A stretch of 36,300 nucleotides of DNA, taken from Candidatus Heimdallarchaeota archaeon (GTDB lineage: Archaea; Asgardarchaeota; Heimdallarchaeia; Heimdallarchaeales; Heimdallarchaeaceae). Made by a program: the position numbers and the translations under genes. The stretch is taken from NCBI GenBank assembly GCA_016839945.1, contig JAEOTE010000009.1:1-36300 (forward strand), written 5' to 3'. The notes beneath the pieces are model-generated. The model was not told the origin of the DNA. It saw only the letters and a list, made by a program, of their open reading frames with translations, and made no database searches. Below are positions 1 to 9,686 of the stretch, piece after piece (positions within the stretch are counted from its first letter, which is position 1; every line of letters starts with the position of its first letter).

Positions 1-690
1 ATTAAAGAAACCTTCAAATCTAAATCCTTCATATTTTTTGTGATTTTTTCATTTATGATGAATGCTGTTACGATTAATCTTCTTGCTGTTATTCCTTTAT
101 ACTATAAGTATGTCTTTCAACTTGATCAGATTCCGATTTTGATTATTACAGTAGCAACTGGTGTCTTCTATATTCCTATCTTATTTATATTTGAAAAAAT
201 TCAGAAAAGATATGGTATTCGTAACTCATTCTTCTTAGCAATAATATTGATGTTTTTAGGTTACATTGGTCTTTATTTTGCACAATCAGTTGTTTTTATG
301 GCAGTTTGTTACAGTGTTTGTTTGTGTATGTCTACTGTCTGGTGGCTTCTTGTAAACCCGATGGTTGGAGATGTTGCTGATGAAGATGAACTTAAAACTA
401 ACAATCGAAGAGAAGGAATGTTTTTTGGGACAAATGCTTTAATCACTAAACCATCTTCATCCCTTATCATCTTCATCTTTACTGCAATTATTGAGTTCTT
501 TGGTTACAATTCCGAATTAACTGTTCAATCTCCCCAAGCTGTCATGGGACTACGATTAGGTGTTGGTATTCTTCCACTTTGTTTTCTAGTTCTAGGTTTC
601 ATAGCATTACTATTCTATCCATTACATGGTAAGAAGTTATATCAAGTTAAAATGGATTTAAACAAATTGCATAAAAAAAGAGGAAAATAG
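1..690 (+). CDS. MFS transporter, GPH/MelB (MFS_2) family, C-terminal half; 5'-truncated by window edge
   Basis: The frame is open from base 1. Multiple TM helices, with GPH motifs 'MVGDVADEDELKTNNRREGMFFG' and C-terminal 'LLFYPL'. Confidence 0.85.
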   Translation: MKETFKSKSFIFFVIFSFMMNAVTINLLAVIPLYYKYVFQLDQIPILIITVATGVFYIPILFIFEKIQKRYGIRNSFFLAIILMFLGYIGLYFAQSVVFMAVCYSVCLCMSTVWWLLVNPMVGDVADEDELKTNNRREGMFFGTNALITKPSSSLIIFIFTAIIEFFGYNSELTVQSPQAVMGLRLGVGILPLCFLVLGFIALLFYPLHGKKLYQVKMDLNKLHKKRGK

Positions 691-748
691 CAGGACATGA
701 AAATATTATTAAAATCAAAATGAGCATAATGATTTTCATGAAGGAAAG

Positions 749-2695
749 TTATAGGAATATGCTTTCTATATATTCTGATAATTGAGAGCGATCTGTTAGA
801 GTTAATTCTTGTTTTTTTGTTATTTTTTCCATTAACTCCTGCCAAAATCCTGAAAAAGCATTCAAATCAGATATAAGTTGTTTGAATTTCTTTATAGCTA
901 TGTATGATTTACCGATAAAAACGTAACCAAATAATAGATTTTCATACACATACAAAGCAATTGTATAATCTTTATATCTCAAACGCTCAATTGTTATTCT
1001 TTCTTGTTCTTTTTTTGCTTGTGATTCGCTAATGATCTCCATTAATCCTTCTATAAAGTCATCATCTAAAGTAGTAGTACTAAAACGATCTGAAAAAATT
1101 ATATGGTTAGATTTATCCATTATAAGAAAAAGACTTGGTATTTCATCTTCTTGTTCGATAGTTGTATATGTAATTTTGTTTTTTACCAGTTGATTTAGCA
1201 TATCTTCAAAATGTGTTAGTTCCATACGTTCTGCAATAGTAGGAAGCTTCATTGAAAATTGATCCCATTGATCAAGTTTATCGAGAAGAAGGTCATGTTC
1301 GTTAGAGATTAAGTTAGCAAGCCTTGTAATGTCTTTTTCATCTGCTATCTGTTGAGCTTTTTCTAGCAGTATCTTTGCTTCTTCAATTTTCAAATTCATT
1401 TGTGCTAAATGAGATTTTAGCAGATAGGTTTCAGAGATCAAAATATGTGATCTCTGAGTTTCAGCCAGTTCATCAAGTTGGTCCAAAGATTGTTTTATAG
1501 GTTTTAGCAATTCTATATCATTTGTTAATTTCAATTTTTGGAGATAAAAATCACATAAATGGAAAAACGCCATTCTGTTCATTTCTACAAAAATTAATTT
1601 CTCTTGAACGACCTCTTTCAACATTGTTTCTATTACATCTTGATTATCATCAAAAGAACATGCTTTGAGGTAGATAGATTGAGCAAGCTTGTAGATATGC
1701 ATTAAAGGATAGTCAATTACATGCTCAGTTTGCATATTTCTAATTGTAGCAACGATTTCCATCTTTTCTAAGTTTTGTTTTATTTCTTCGAATTTTCCTT
1801 GTTCTAGATAAATTAGATTCATTCTAAAAAGCATTACAATATAATGTACATTACCATATAACTTACCTCTTTTAATTTGCTCTAAAGATTTATTGTAGTA
1901 TTGTAATGAAGTTACCAATTCTCCCTTTTGCCAGTAATAGAATCCTAAATCACTGTATATAGCTCCCAAGCTATAAGAAGAATCTATCTCTTCAGCAAAT
2001 GATAATGCTTTCAAAGAGTATTGAAGATACTTTTCTAATTCGCCAATTTGAAGAAAACCTGCTGCTGTATTAACCGTACAAGCAATAATTCCTATAGTAT
2101 TATTAAGTTCTGTAAAAATCATTAAACTTTGATTATAATATTTCTCACTATTAAAAAAATCTCCTTTTAAAGCGAAAGTAAAAGCTTTGATAAATAAACG
2201 CCAAGCTTTTCGATACTTATCCCCTAATTCTTCATATATCTCCAGTGATTGATTCAGTTTATCCATATATTCTTCAGAATGAGTACTAATTCCGTTTGTA
2301 AGAATTTCTGCATATCTCTTGAGGTAATCAGGTGAATTTTTATCCTTGTATTTATTTAGTACTTTTATTGCATAATCTCTTTTTTCTTTAGCTAATTCGC
2401 TAAAACCCAAGTAGCCTAATGATCGTCCATAAAGTATTGCTGAATCAAAAATTAAGAGGGGATTATCAATTTCTATACTTTCTTCATAAGCTTGTTTGGC
2501 ATTAACTAATGCTTCAGAAAACGGTTGTATATCTAAAAATATCCTTGCTTTAAGGATTTTTAACCTTATACACTCTTCTGTTGTTAATTCGTCTCTTTTC
2601 TGAACTGCGTCTATTCTTTTTAGAGCTTCTTTATATTCAGATCCTACAATTAGTTCTTCTACTTCCTTTAGTTCAGTACTAAATATGCTACCCAT
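749..2695 (-). CDS. TPR-repeat protein with C-terminal longin-like alpha/beta domain (paralog 1)
   Basis: Repeated TPR/MalT-like helical units (e.g. 'LGAIYSDLGFYYWQKGELVTSLQYYNKSL'). The last ~130 aa have a b-b-a-b-b-b-a-a pattern. Clear paralog of 6004..7926. Confidence 0.8.
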   Translation of the reverse strand: MGSIFSTELKEVEELIVGSEYKEALKRIDAVQKRDELTTEECIRLKILKARIFLDIQPFSEALVNAKQAYEESIEIDNPLLIFDSAILYGRSLGYLGFSELAKEKRDYAIKVLNKYKDKNSPDYLKRYAEILTNGISTHSEEYMDKLNQSLEIYEELGDKYRKAWRLFIKAFTFALKGDFFNSEKYYNQSLMIFTELNNTIGIIACTVNTAAGFLQIGELEKYLQYSLKALSFAEEIDSSYSLGAIYSDLGFYYWQKGELVTSLQYYNKSLEQIKRGKLYGNVHYIVMLFRMNLIYLEQGKFEEIKQNLEKMEIVATIRNMQTEHVIDYPLMHIYKLAQSIYLKACSFDDNQDVIETMLKEVVQEKLIFVEMNRMAFFHLCDFYLQKLKLTNDIELLKPIKQSLDQLDELAETQRSHILISETYLLKSHLAQMNLKIEEAKILLEKAQQIADEKDITRLANLISNEHDLLLDKLDQWDQFSMKLPTIAERMELTHFEDMLNQLVKNKITYTTIEQEDEIPSLFLIMDKSNHIIFSDRFSTTTLDDDFIEGLMEIISESQAKKEQERITIERLRYKDYTIALYVYENLLFGYVFIGKSYIAIKKFKQLISDLNAFSGFWQELMEKITKKQELTLTDRSQLSEYIESIFL

Positions 2696-2806
2696 TTGTT
2701 CACTTTCAAAGATTTTTGAATCGTTATTACTTTAATATCTTTCTTAATAGATTTTTTGTTAATTTTTTAGGAAAAACATAATATTCAGTAAATCAAATAA
2801 GATTTT

Positions 2807-3499
2807 ATGAAAAAAATTGGTATTATCGGTGGTTTAAGTGCTGAATCAACTATTGAATATTACAAGATTTTAGTTAATGAATACAAGAAGCTGAAAGGAG
2901 GGCTATCTTCACCTCTGTTAATCATTGATAGTTTAGATTTAGAAGAAGTCAAAGATTTGGTAAATGAAGATAAATGGGATGATGTGGTTGAAATTATTAC
3001 TCAATCAGCTCGTAATTTAGAAAAATCAAACGCTGAAGTAATTATCATAGCGACTAATACTATTCATAAAATCTTTGACAGAGTTCAAGAAAATATAGAA
3101 ACACCCATGATTAACTTATTAGTTACTATTGCAGAAGCGATTAAAGAACAAGGAATAAAAAAAGTTGGATTACTAGGAACTATTTACACCATGCAGTTAG
3201 ATTTCTTCCAGAATGCTTTGGATAAATACAATATAGATGTCATAGTTCCTAATCAAGCAGACCAGGAGTATGTAAATCAAGTAATCTTTGAAGAACTAGT
3301 ACATAGCATTCTAAAAGATGAATCTAAAAGAGGGTATCTTGAAGTAATCAAGAGACTACAAGAGAAAGGTGCAGAAGGTGCAATCCTAGGTTGTACCGAA
3401 ATACCTTTGTTAGTAAAACAAGAGGAAAGCCCAATACCTGTTTTTGACACAACAACTATACATGCTTTAGCTGTTTTGAAATATGCACTTAGCGATTAA
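2807..3499 (+). CDS. Aspartate/glutamate racemase family amino-acid racemase (YgeA/RacX-like, Thr/Cys catalytic pair)
   Basis: Motifs 'MKKIGIIGGLSAESTIEYY', 'ATNTIH', 'GLLGT' and 'LGCTEIPLL'. Confidence 0.92.
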   Translation: MKKIGIIGGLSAESTIEYYKILVNEYKKLKGGLSSPLLIIDSLDLEEVKDLVNEDKWDDVVEIITQSARNLEKSNAEVIIIATNTIHKIFDRVQENIETPMINLLVTIAEAIKEQGIKKVGLLGTIYTMQLDFFQNALDKYNIDVIVPNQADQEYVNQVIFEELVHSILKDESKRGYLEVIKRLQEKGAEGAILGCTEIPLLVKQEESPIPVFDTTTIHALAVLKYALSD

Positions 3500-4130
3500 A
3501 ATTAAATTCTTCGATTATTTCTGTTATTTTCTCTCCAACATCTATAATTGATTGAATGCTTTCTCTTATACTATTACTGATTAGGACTTTAGGATCTTCA
3601 ATATCAAATTTATCTTTCTCTTCATCAGAAGGAAATCTAAATTTGGAAATGAAACTGATAACATTTTCACTAGTTTCCATTAAATCTTGCATCTTGTTTA
3701 AGGCTAAATCATAATTCTGGTAAAGTCCTTTTACCATTTCATACATAATTTTGCACAACATAGATACTTCTTTTAGTATTTTAACTAGTTCCTTATATTC
3801 ATCTTCCAAAATCTCATGTCTATTCTCCGTCAATACTAGTCGTACATCTTTCATCGATGAAGTAACAGATATCATTCTTTCATACAACTCAAATTTAGCA
3901 ATCTCTATTTTTGTATCAACAATTCCTTCTTTCAGAAGTTCAATTAGCTCTCCTCTCTTTTCTTTTTCCTCATCTTCATATATCTCAAATTGAGAACTAG
4001 ATATTTCTGTTCTTCTTTCAATATAGAGAGCTTCAAAGTATTTTAAAGGTATGAGAGATAATTCTATTAGATTTTTCTCAATTTTCTTATCAATCATTCT
4101 TCTTCCTAATAATTCTCTAAACATCTTCAA
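3489..4130 (-). CDS. Divergent DUF47/PhoU-like helical protein
   Basis: 213 aa, all-helical, overlapping the PiT stop by 4 nt. Length and helix pattern resemble DUF47, but the canonical ExxAD motifs are eroded. Confidence 0.55.
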   Translation of the reverse strand: MKMFRELLGRRMIDKKIEKNLIELSLIPLKYFEALYIERRTEISSSQFEIYEDEEKEKRGELIELLKEGIVDTKIEIAKFELYERMISVTSSMKDVRLVLTENRHEILEDEYKELVKILKEVSMLCKIMYEMVKGLYQNYDLALNKMQDLMETSENVISFISKFRFPSDEEKDKFDIEDPKVLISNSIRESIQSIIDVGEKITEIIEEFNFNR

Positions 4131-5119
4131 AACACTCCTCTTAATAGATAATAAAATGCAACTGCAAATGAACCACTAATGAGTGGTGTTAAGAATATAA
4201 AAATAACTATAGTTCTGACAGATTTAAGATTAATAGGTTTTTTTGAACCATAACCTGCTCCAATAAAACTTGCTACTAGTATCATTGTTCCTGAGACAGG
4301 AATTCCAAGCATTGTTGCAATAAGCGTAATTAAAGCTGAAGAAGCCTGTGTAACAAAAGCAGATTCAGGTGTTAATTCAACTACATCATTTCCCAGAGAT
4401 TTTAAGACTCTCCATCCAATTATTATTAGCCCTAATCCTAATCCTGCACCACCTAATAGCATAGGTATTCTTTGATAAAAGATGGATGCTTCAGAATTTT
4501 GAAATAAAGGATATATGGGAGCTATTGCATTACTGATATCATTTCCTGCTCTAGAAAAACCTGCAATAACAACCCACACAAGAAGTAATGATCCAGATAT
4601 TGCATTAGAAGTTTCTAAACCACTCAAACCTTTTACTGACTTTGATAATATCTTATTCATTAATTTCATTAGAAGTAGAGCGCCAATGAATCCTAAAAGC
4701 GGAGAAACTGCCCAAGTGAAAAAAATATGTCCCATTCCTTCCCAGCTCCAGATAATCTTTTCTCCTCTTGCGATAGTTAGACCTAAAATAGAACCCACCA
4801 TAGCTTCAGTTGAGGAAATTGGTAGACCAAATATAGAAGCTAAAATTAGACATAAAGCCATTGATATGAATACAGAAATAATAAGAACTATTTCACTTGA
4901 AACCTGGATTGTTGAAATATCATTATTTAGTGTATCACTAACTTTAGGCGCAAGTAAAAATGCTCCAAAAACAGCAACAATTGCACCAATAATTACTGCT
5001 GATCTGACTGATAAACGCTTAACTCCTACAACTGGAGCGAAAGTTTCATCATTTGTTCCAATGGCAAAAGAAAGGATAATTGAAGCAATAACCAGTATTA
5101 TCAGAACAGCATCAACCAT
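4127..5119 (-). CDS. pit: Inorganic phosphate transporter, PiT family
   Basis: Two PiT signature motifs ('AIGTNDETFAP', 'RAGNDISNAIAP'), plus 'GLPISST' and 'GIPVSGT'; many TM helices. Confidence 0.92.
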   Translation of the reverse strand: MVDAVLIILVIASIILSFAIGTNDETFAPVVGVKRLSVRSAVIIGAIVAVFGAFLLAPKVSDTLNNDISTIQVSSEIVLIISVFISMALCLILASIFGLPISSTEAMVGSILGLTIARGEKIIWSWEGMGHIFFTWAVSPLLGFIGALLLMKLMNKILSKSVKGLSGLETSNAISGSLLLVWVVIAGFSRAGNDISNAIAPIYPLFQNSEASIFYQRIPMLLGGAGLGLGLIIIGWRVLKSLGNDVVELTPESAFVTQASSALITLIATMLGIPVSGTMILVASFIGAGYGSKKPINLKSVRTIVIFIFLTPLISGSFAVAFYYLLRGVF

Positions 5120-5182
5120 CAGATTACCTCATTTCTTTTTTTTCTTGATTCATTCATTGTTCATTGTCTATATCTAATCTCA

Positions 5183-5848
5183 CTAAATCTCGCTTATTAT
5201 AATTGATCTTAAAGCATCAGAAGCATCTTCAGCTGAATTAGCTGCTTTTTCTATCTCTCTAATTGCATGATCAAAAATAACTAACGTTGCAAAATTATCA
5301 CTTATTCCTTTGAAATCAAAATAATGGTTCTTCAGTCTCGAGTATAATCCATCTACTTGATGTTCAATGAAACTGATTTCTGTTGTAAGATCTACCGTTC
5401 TTCGAATATCTTCTCTATAAATAGTGAGTGCTTCTTTTAGTTTTTCAATGCATAAATCTACTAGTTCGCAGGATTTCAAAATTTCTTCGAATATATGTTC
5501 AGGCAATTTTACATTGTGTATAATAAGAAAATTGTTACACGCACGTTTTGCACATCCTGCTACTTCATCAGCTCTTTTGATAAAAGTTAATATGTCTGAT
5601 CTTAATTTAGACTTTAAATTTCCTTTTGTTAATTCTAACCAGATATCTGCTAGTATTTTATCAGCAGCATTCTCCTCTGCTGTAATATTTCCAACTTCTA
5701 AATCTAAAGTAGTAGTATCATTTTCTTTCCAAGCTTTGACAGCTCTAATCAGTGTTTGTGTAGCTTGATGAATTTTTGCAAGATGTTGATTCATTTTCTG
5801 ATGTATTTCTTCTTCTGAATCTCTTCGAAGATAATTACTTAATTTCAT
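5183..5848 (-). CDS. DUF47 / PhoU-like phosphate transport regulator
   Basis: Motifs 'EENAADKI', 'RADEVAG', 'IEHQVD' and 'AANSAEDASD'; directly upstream of PiT; GGTGA SD upstream. Confidence 0.88.
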   Translation of the reverse strand: MKLSNYLRRDSEEEIHQKMNQHLAKIHQATQTLIRAVKAWKENDTTTLDLEVGNITAEENAADKILADIWLELTKGNLKSKLRSDILTFIKRADEVAGCAKRACNNFLIIHNVKLPEHIFEEILKSCELVDLCIEKLKEALTIYREDIRRTVDLTTEISFIEHQVDGLYSRLKNHYFDFKGISDNFATLVIFDHAIREIEKAANSAEDASDALRSIIISEI

Positions 5849-6003
5849 GCAGCATCACCTTTGTTTTCAAAGTCTGTCTAAAATTACCATTTAAAAAGAT
5901 GAGTGTTAAAATATATACTCTAACTACATTTAAATTCGTACTTAACTAGAATTTTTAATGTTAGAACCATTATAACAATTTTTCAGGTAGTTGCTAATAA
6001 ATC

Positions 6004-7926
6004 CTATAAGAAAACGCTTTCCATATATTCGGTTAATTTAATTCGCTCCTCTAAAGATAGTTCTATATTATCCTTGATTTTTTCAAAATAAGTGTGCCAC
6101 TCACTTGTAAATGAACGAAACTCCTCAATCAATTGCTTTAATTTCTTTAAAGCGTAATAAGATTTTCCAATAAACGTGTAAATTAACAATAAATCTTTTT
6201 GAGAGTTTATAGCAATCGTATAATTAAGATACTTCAAACGTTTTATTGTTGCATCATTTAGAGCTTCAGAGGTTTTATATTCATTAATAGATGTCAATAT
6301 TCCTTGTAATAGTTCATCTTCCAAAGAAATATCACTAAATGCTTCAGAAAAAACAACTGACCCTTTTTGATTTAGTATAAGGAAGAAATTAGGTGATTCT
6401 TTTTCGTCAACAAGATCAATAAACGTAACATTATTTCTTATCATTTTACTTAACAGTTCTTCTACATGAGTGAATTCAAACCTTTCTTCTAAACTTGGTA
6501 GATAAGTTGACATTCCTTCCCATTTACTTAGTTGGTCAAGAAGAATATCATACTCATTAGAAATAATTTTAGCGAGATTAACAATACCTTTGTCCTCAGC
6601 AATGGATTGTGCTCTATCTAGTAATGATTGTCCTTCTTTCATGTTAAATTCAATGAGTTCTAGTTTTGATTGTAAGAGAAGTGATTGTGCAAGTAAAATA
6701 TAGGACCTTTGCTGCTCTGCCATTTTCTTTAAGAATTTTACACTATTCTTTAATTTTTCATAAACTTCTATATCATTTGTTTTTTGTATCACTTTCAGAT
6801 ATGAATCACATAGATGAAAGATTACTAATCCATTTACTTCCAAGTGAACAGTTTCATCATGTGCTACTTCTTCTAGAAGAGTAATAGCTTCACTCCAACT
6901 AGTTTCTTCTTGTTGTGTTTTAAGAAGAATTGCTTTAGCTAAGTAATAGATTTTTTTGAAAATTGGTTTATCCTTTATTAGAAACAACAATTCGATTTGT
7001 TCTAAATTCTGGAATGCTTCTTCATATCTTTCCATTTCAATTAGAACTAAATTCATTCTAAGGAGTGACCATGGATAGTGCCGTGTACCAACTATTTTTG
7101 CTTCTTTAAAGGATTTTAAGCTTTTTTGGTAGTAGTTTAATGCGGTTTTTAAATCTCGTCTCAACCAATATAGATACCCTAAATCCATGTATGCACTTGC
7201 AAAAGAATAGTGATCACCTGTTTCTTCACAAATTGATATACTCTTAAGAAAATAATCAAGTGCCATATCTAATTCTCCCATGTGTAAATTTATGGCTGCT
7301 AAAATTGATATGGAAAAATTAATTTCATTGTAGTATTCAAGCCTATCAGCAAGCTCTAGAGTTTTCTGTGCATAAATTAGAGCTTTTTTAAGTTCTCCTG
7401 ACCAAACATATGAAGTACTGAGATTACGATAAGAATTAGCAAGTTGAAAATCAAGACCTAATCTTTTCGAGATATCTATACTTTCTTCAATATTTGCCGA
7501 AGAACTAGAAAAAGAGTCTCCTTGCATTAGAAGTAATCTAGCCTTTCTCTTCAGATATTCATCAGAATTTTTATCATCAAAAGAATCTAGTATTTGACTT
7601 GCTAATTTTACTCTTTCTTTTCTTAAATCATATTCGCCAGCACGATAATAAGCAATGGGTAAAACTATAACAGAGTCAAACATCAATTGTTTGTTGTTGA
7701 GTTTCTTACTTTCCTCAAAAGCTTCTTCTCCATATTTTATTACCTCTGAATATGGGAAAGTTTCAAAATGGATTTGAGCTCTGTATATTTTGCATCTTAT
7801 TTTTTCTTCCTTAGTAGCGACTTCTTTACCAATAATGCCATCAATTCTTTCTTGTGCTATATTATATTTTCCTCTAACTATGAGCTGTTCAATTTCTTCC
7901 AATTCTTTAGCAAAGATTCCATTCAT
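6004..7926 (-). CDS. TPR-repeat protein with C-terminal longin-like domain (paralog 2)
   Basis: Collinear with 749..2695: both share 'IF..EL.E.E.LIV', 'ISNE.D.LLD.L..W', 'LP...ER.E.TH.E..L' and 'Y.FIGKSY.A.KK.KQLI', and end in 'EY.ES.FL'. Confidence 0.8.
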   Translation of the reverse strand: MNGIFAKELEEIEQLIVRGKYNIAQERIDGIIGKEVATKEEKIRCKIYRAQIHFETFPYSEVIKYGEEAFEESKKLNNKQLMFDSVIVLPIAYYRAGEYDLRKERVKLASQILDSFDDKNSDEYLKRKARLLLMQGDSFSSSSANIEESIDISKRLGLDFQLANSYRNLSTSYVWSGELKKALIYAQKTLELADRLEYYNEINFSISILAAINLHMGELDMALDYFLKSISICEETGDHYSFASAYMDLGYLYWLRRDLKTALNYYQKSLKSFKEAKIVGTRHYPWSLLRMNLVLIEMERYEEAFQNLEQIELLFLIKDKPIFKKIYYLAKAILLKTQQEETSWSEAITLLEEVAHDETVHLEVNGLVIFHLCDSYLKVIQKTNDIEVYEKLKNSVKFLKKMAEQQRSYILLAQSLLLQSKLELIEFNMKEGQSLLDRAQSIAEDKGIVNLAKIISNEYDILLDQLSKWEGMSTYLPSLEERFEFTHVEELLSKMIRNNVTFIDLVDEKESPNFFLILNQKGSVVFSEAFSDISLEDELLQGILTSINEYKTSEALNDATIKRLKYLNYTIAINSQKDLLLIYTFIGKSYYALKKLKQLIEEFRSFTSEWHTYFEKIKDNIELSLEERIKLTEYMESVFL

Positions 7927-8100
7927 TTTACATTATCTACTGCAAGTTTTCAAAATAATTATGCTTTTAGTTTTTAATAGTTTTTGCTAAGTAATCAGAG
8001 CAATCTGATAAGAAATTAATTTAATCTAAAATATTTTTACGAGCAGAAAGTTTTTTAATATGTATCAGATTCTAGTACACGTAACAATAAAGTGAACGTA

Positions 8101-8514
8101 ATGCCTGACATAACAGATGCAGAAAAATCACAAATAAGGGAGATAGCTAAACAATATGCTACTGCATTATGGAAAATTCCTTTTAATGAAGGATTAGTTC
8201 TTTATGTAAAGTCAAATAATGAATTACACATACATCCTGCAAGATGGAAATACTGTATGAAATGTGGAGAAATAGATAAGAAAGAAAAAATGGATCCACA
8301 CAAGTGTTTAATGAATGTTGAAGAATTTCCAATTTTGATCCAAACTTCATGGTATAAGCTTAAAGAATTCTTCTTAACAGAGAATTACAAAGATTTTATG
8401 AAAGAAGCAGGTATTGATAAGATACCATCTATCTCACTAATCACTGAAATCAATGAAGAAGTAAAGGAAGTAAAAGATACTAAGGTACCTGCTTCAGAGA
8501 AAGAAAGAATATAA
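8101..8514 (+). CDS. Uncharacterised small Cys/His zinc-binding protein, paralog A
   Basis: ATG at 8101 (MPDIT) aligns with paralog B. Motifs ARWKYCMKCG, HKC and TSWYKLKEFFL. TATA-like TTTTAATA near 8053; T-rich terminator after the stop. Confidence 0.75.
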   Translation: MPDITDAEKSQIREIAKQYATALWKIPFNEGLVLYVKSNNELHIHPARWKYCMKCGEIDKKEKMDPHKCLMNVEEFPILIQTSWYKLKEFFLTENYKDFMKEAGIDKIPSISLITEINEEVKEVKDTKVPASEKERI

Positions 8515-8559
8515 TAACAAATTTTTTCTTGTTTTTATTGAAAACTAACCTTTTTTTAC

Positions 8560-8628
8560 GAAAAGTTTTTATATGTGTCGTGTTTTGTCACATATGTGTG
8601 TAACAAAAATCGATGCATATGTGTGTCG
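8560..8628 (+). promoter_or_regulatory. BRE/TATA promoter followed by three ATATGTGT repeats
   Basis: GAAAAGTTTTTATAT at 8560-8574; ATATGTGT at 8571, 8592 and 8617; CACATATGTG palindrome at 8589-8598. Confidence 0.5.
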
Positions 8629-8661
8629 AAAACTGTTTCATATCTCTTTGGAGGTTAAAAA

Positions 8662-9258
8662 ATGAACAAGAAAAAAACTGTAATCTTGATGAGTGCATTT
8701 TGCGTTCTACTCTTTGGATTATTACCTGTTGCTGCTGCTAATGACTATGTAAGTTATGGTGAAGTTGAATCTAGCTTTAATACATACCTAAGTGGTAAGG
8801 ACAGAAAAACAACAACTGGAAGAATTGTACCATGGTACGATGGTATGACTTACCACTATGAGGATGCTCATGGTATTTATGGTGCAATCTACGTGACTGA
8901 ATCTGTACTTCAAATGGCTCAATTTTTGATGTGGTATTATTTTGGTGTAATTTTCACCTACGATAATATCAACGAAGGATGTAAGGAGTATCTCTCTTGG
9001 TTTACCACTACTGCCACTCTAAATGGAGAACCACTGGAAATGACATATACACCAATTAAGAGGAGTCAATGTGTTGATTCCTATGGTGAGTCAATATTGT
9101 GGTGGTTTAACGTGGGAACACTATTCAAGCCAGGGGAACTAGAACCTGGTCAATATCACTTGGTCACATATTATTGGATGAACCCTCTTGGTATGTTCCC
9201 TGAGCCAATTCCCAATTTCATTACTCCACCTGATGACATTTGGTTTACCATAGTATAA
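8662..9258 (+). CDS. Secreted hypothetical protein
   Basis: GGAGG SD at 8650; signal peptide MNKKKTVILMSAFCVLLFGLLPVAAA; aromatic-rich mature region. Confidence 0.7.
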   Translation: MNKKKTVILMSAFCVLLFGLLPVAAANDYVSYGEVESSFNTYLSGKDRKTTTGRIVPWYDGMTYHYEDAHGIYGAIYVTESVLQMAQFLMWYYFGVIFTYDNINEGCKEYLSWFTTTATLNGEPLEMTYTPIKRSQCVDSYGESILWWFNVGTLFKPGELEPGQYHLVTYYWMNPLGMFPEPIPNFITPPDDIWFTIV

Positions 9259-9344
9259 TAGAATGCAAAACCACCTTTTCATTTTTTTTCTACCAATAAC
9301 AAACAGAAATTCAATCAAATAAAAAATTAGGAGGTTTAAAAAAC

Positions 9345-9623
9345 ATGCCAAAATTTCTAGCAATACACCCCTTCCCAGAGCCAGCTCCTGTAGAAGCTGC
9401 TACTCCTATAGGTCAAGGAGTTAAAAACTTCTGTAATGCTGACGCTTACTGGGTTAAAAGTTGGGCAATTCTTAATGAAGAAGGTCATATCAAAAAAATT
9501 CTTTGTCAATGGGATGCTAAAGATGTTGATTCGATAAAATCCATCTTAGAAAAGATCCCTCAATTGCCTACTGAAGGTATTTATCCTTTAGGAATTTTCC
9601 AAGCTGAAGATTTTCGAAAGTAA
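9345..9623 (+). CDS. DUF4242-like (SCO4226-like) small alpha/beta protein
   Basis: GGAGG SD; the 'MPKFLAIH...WVKSW...KILCQWDAKDVDSI...P...I' pattern is typical of this family. Confidence 0.65.
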   Translation: MPKFLAIHPFPEPAPVEAATPIGQGVKNFCNADAYWVKSWAILNEEGHIKKILCQWDAKDVDSIKSILEKIPQLPTEGIYPLGIFQAEDFRK

Positions 9624-9686
9624 TGATGATTACAAAGGGAATCTTCACCTTTTCACCTTTTTTATTACCACTAAGAGTTGCTTGCC

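Noticed and set aside
4515-5177. 220-aa + strand ORF and other long antisense ORFs (e.g. 28332..28856, 27849..28232, 23536..23898, 17936..18331, 13416..13781)
   Set aside because: Shadow frames opposite well-supported genes, with no motifs of their own.
749-7926. TPR paralogs as ends of a composite mobile element
   Set aside because: The copies are strongly diverged, and there is no transposase, integrase, terminal inverted repeat or target-site duplication.
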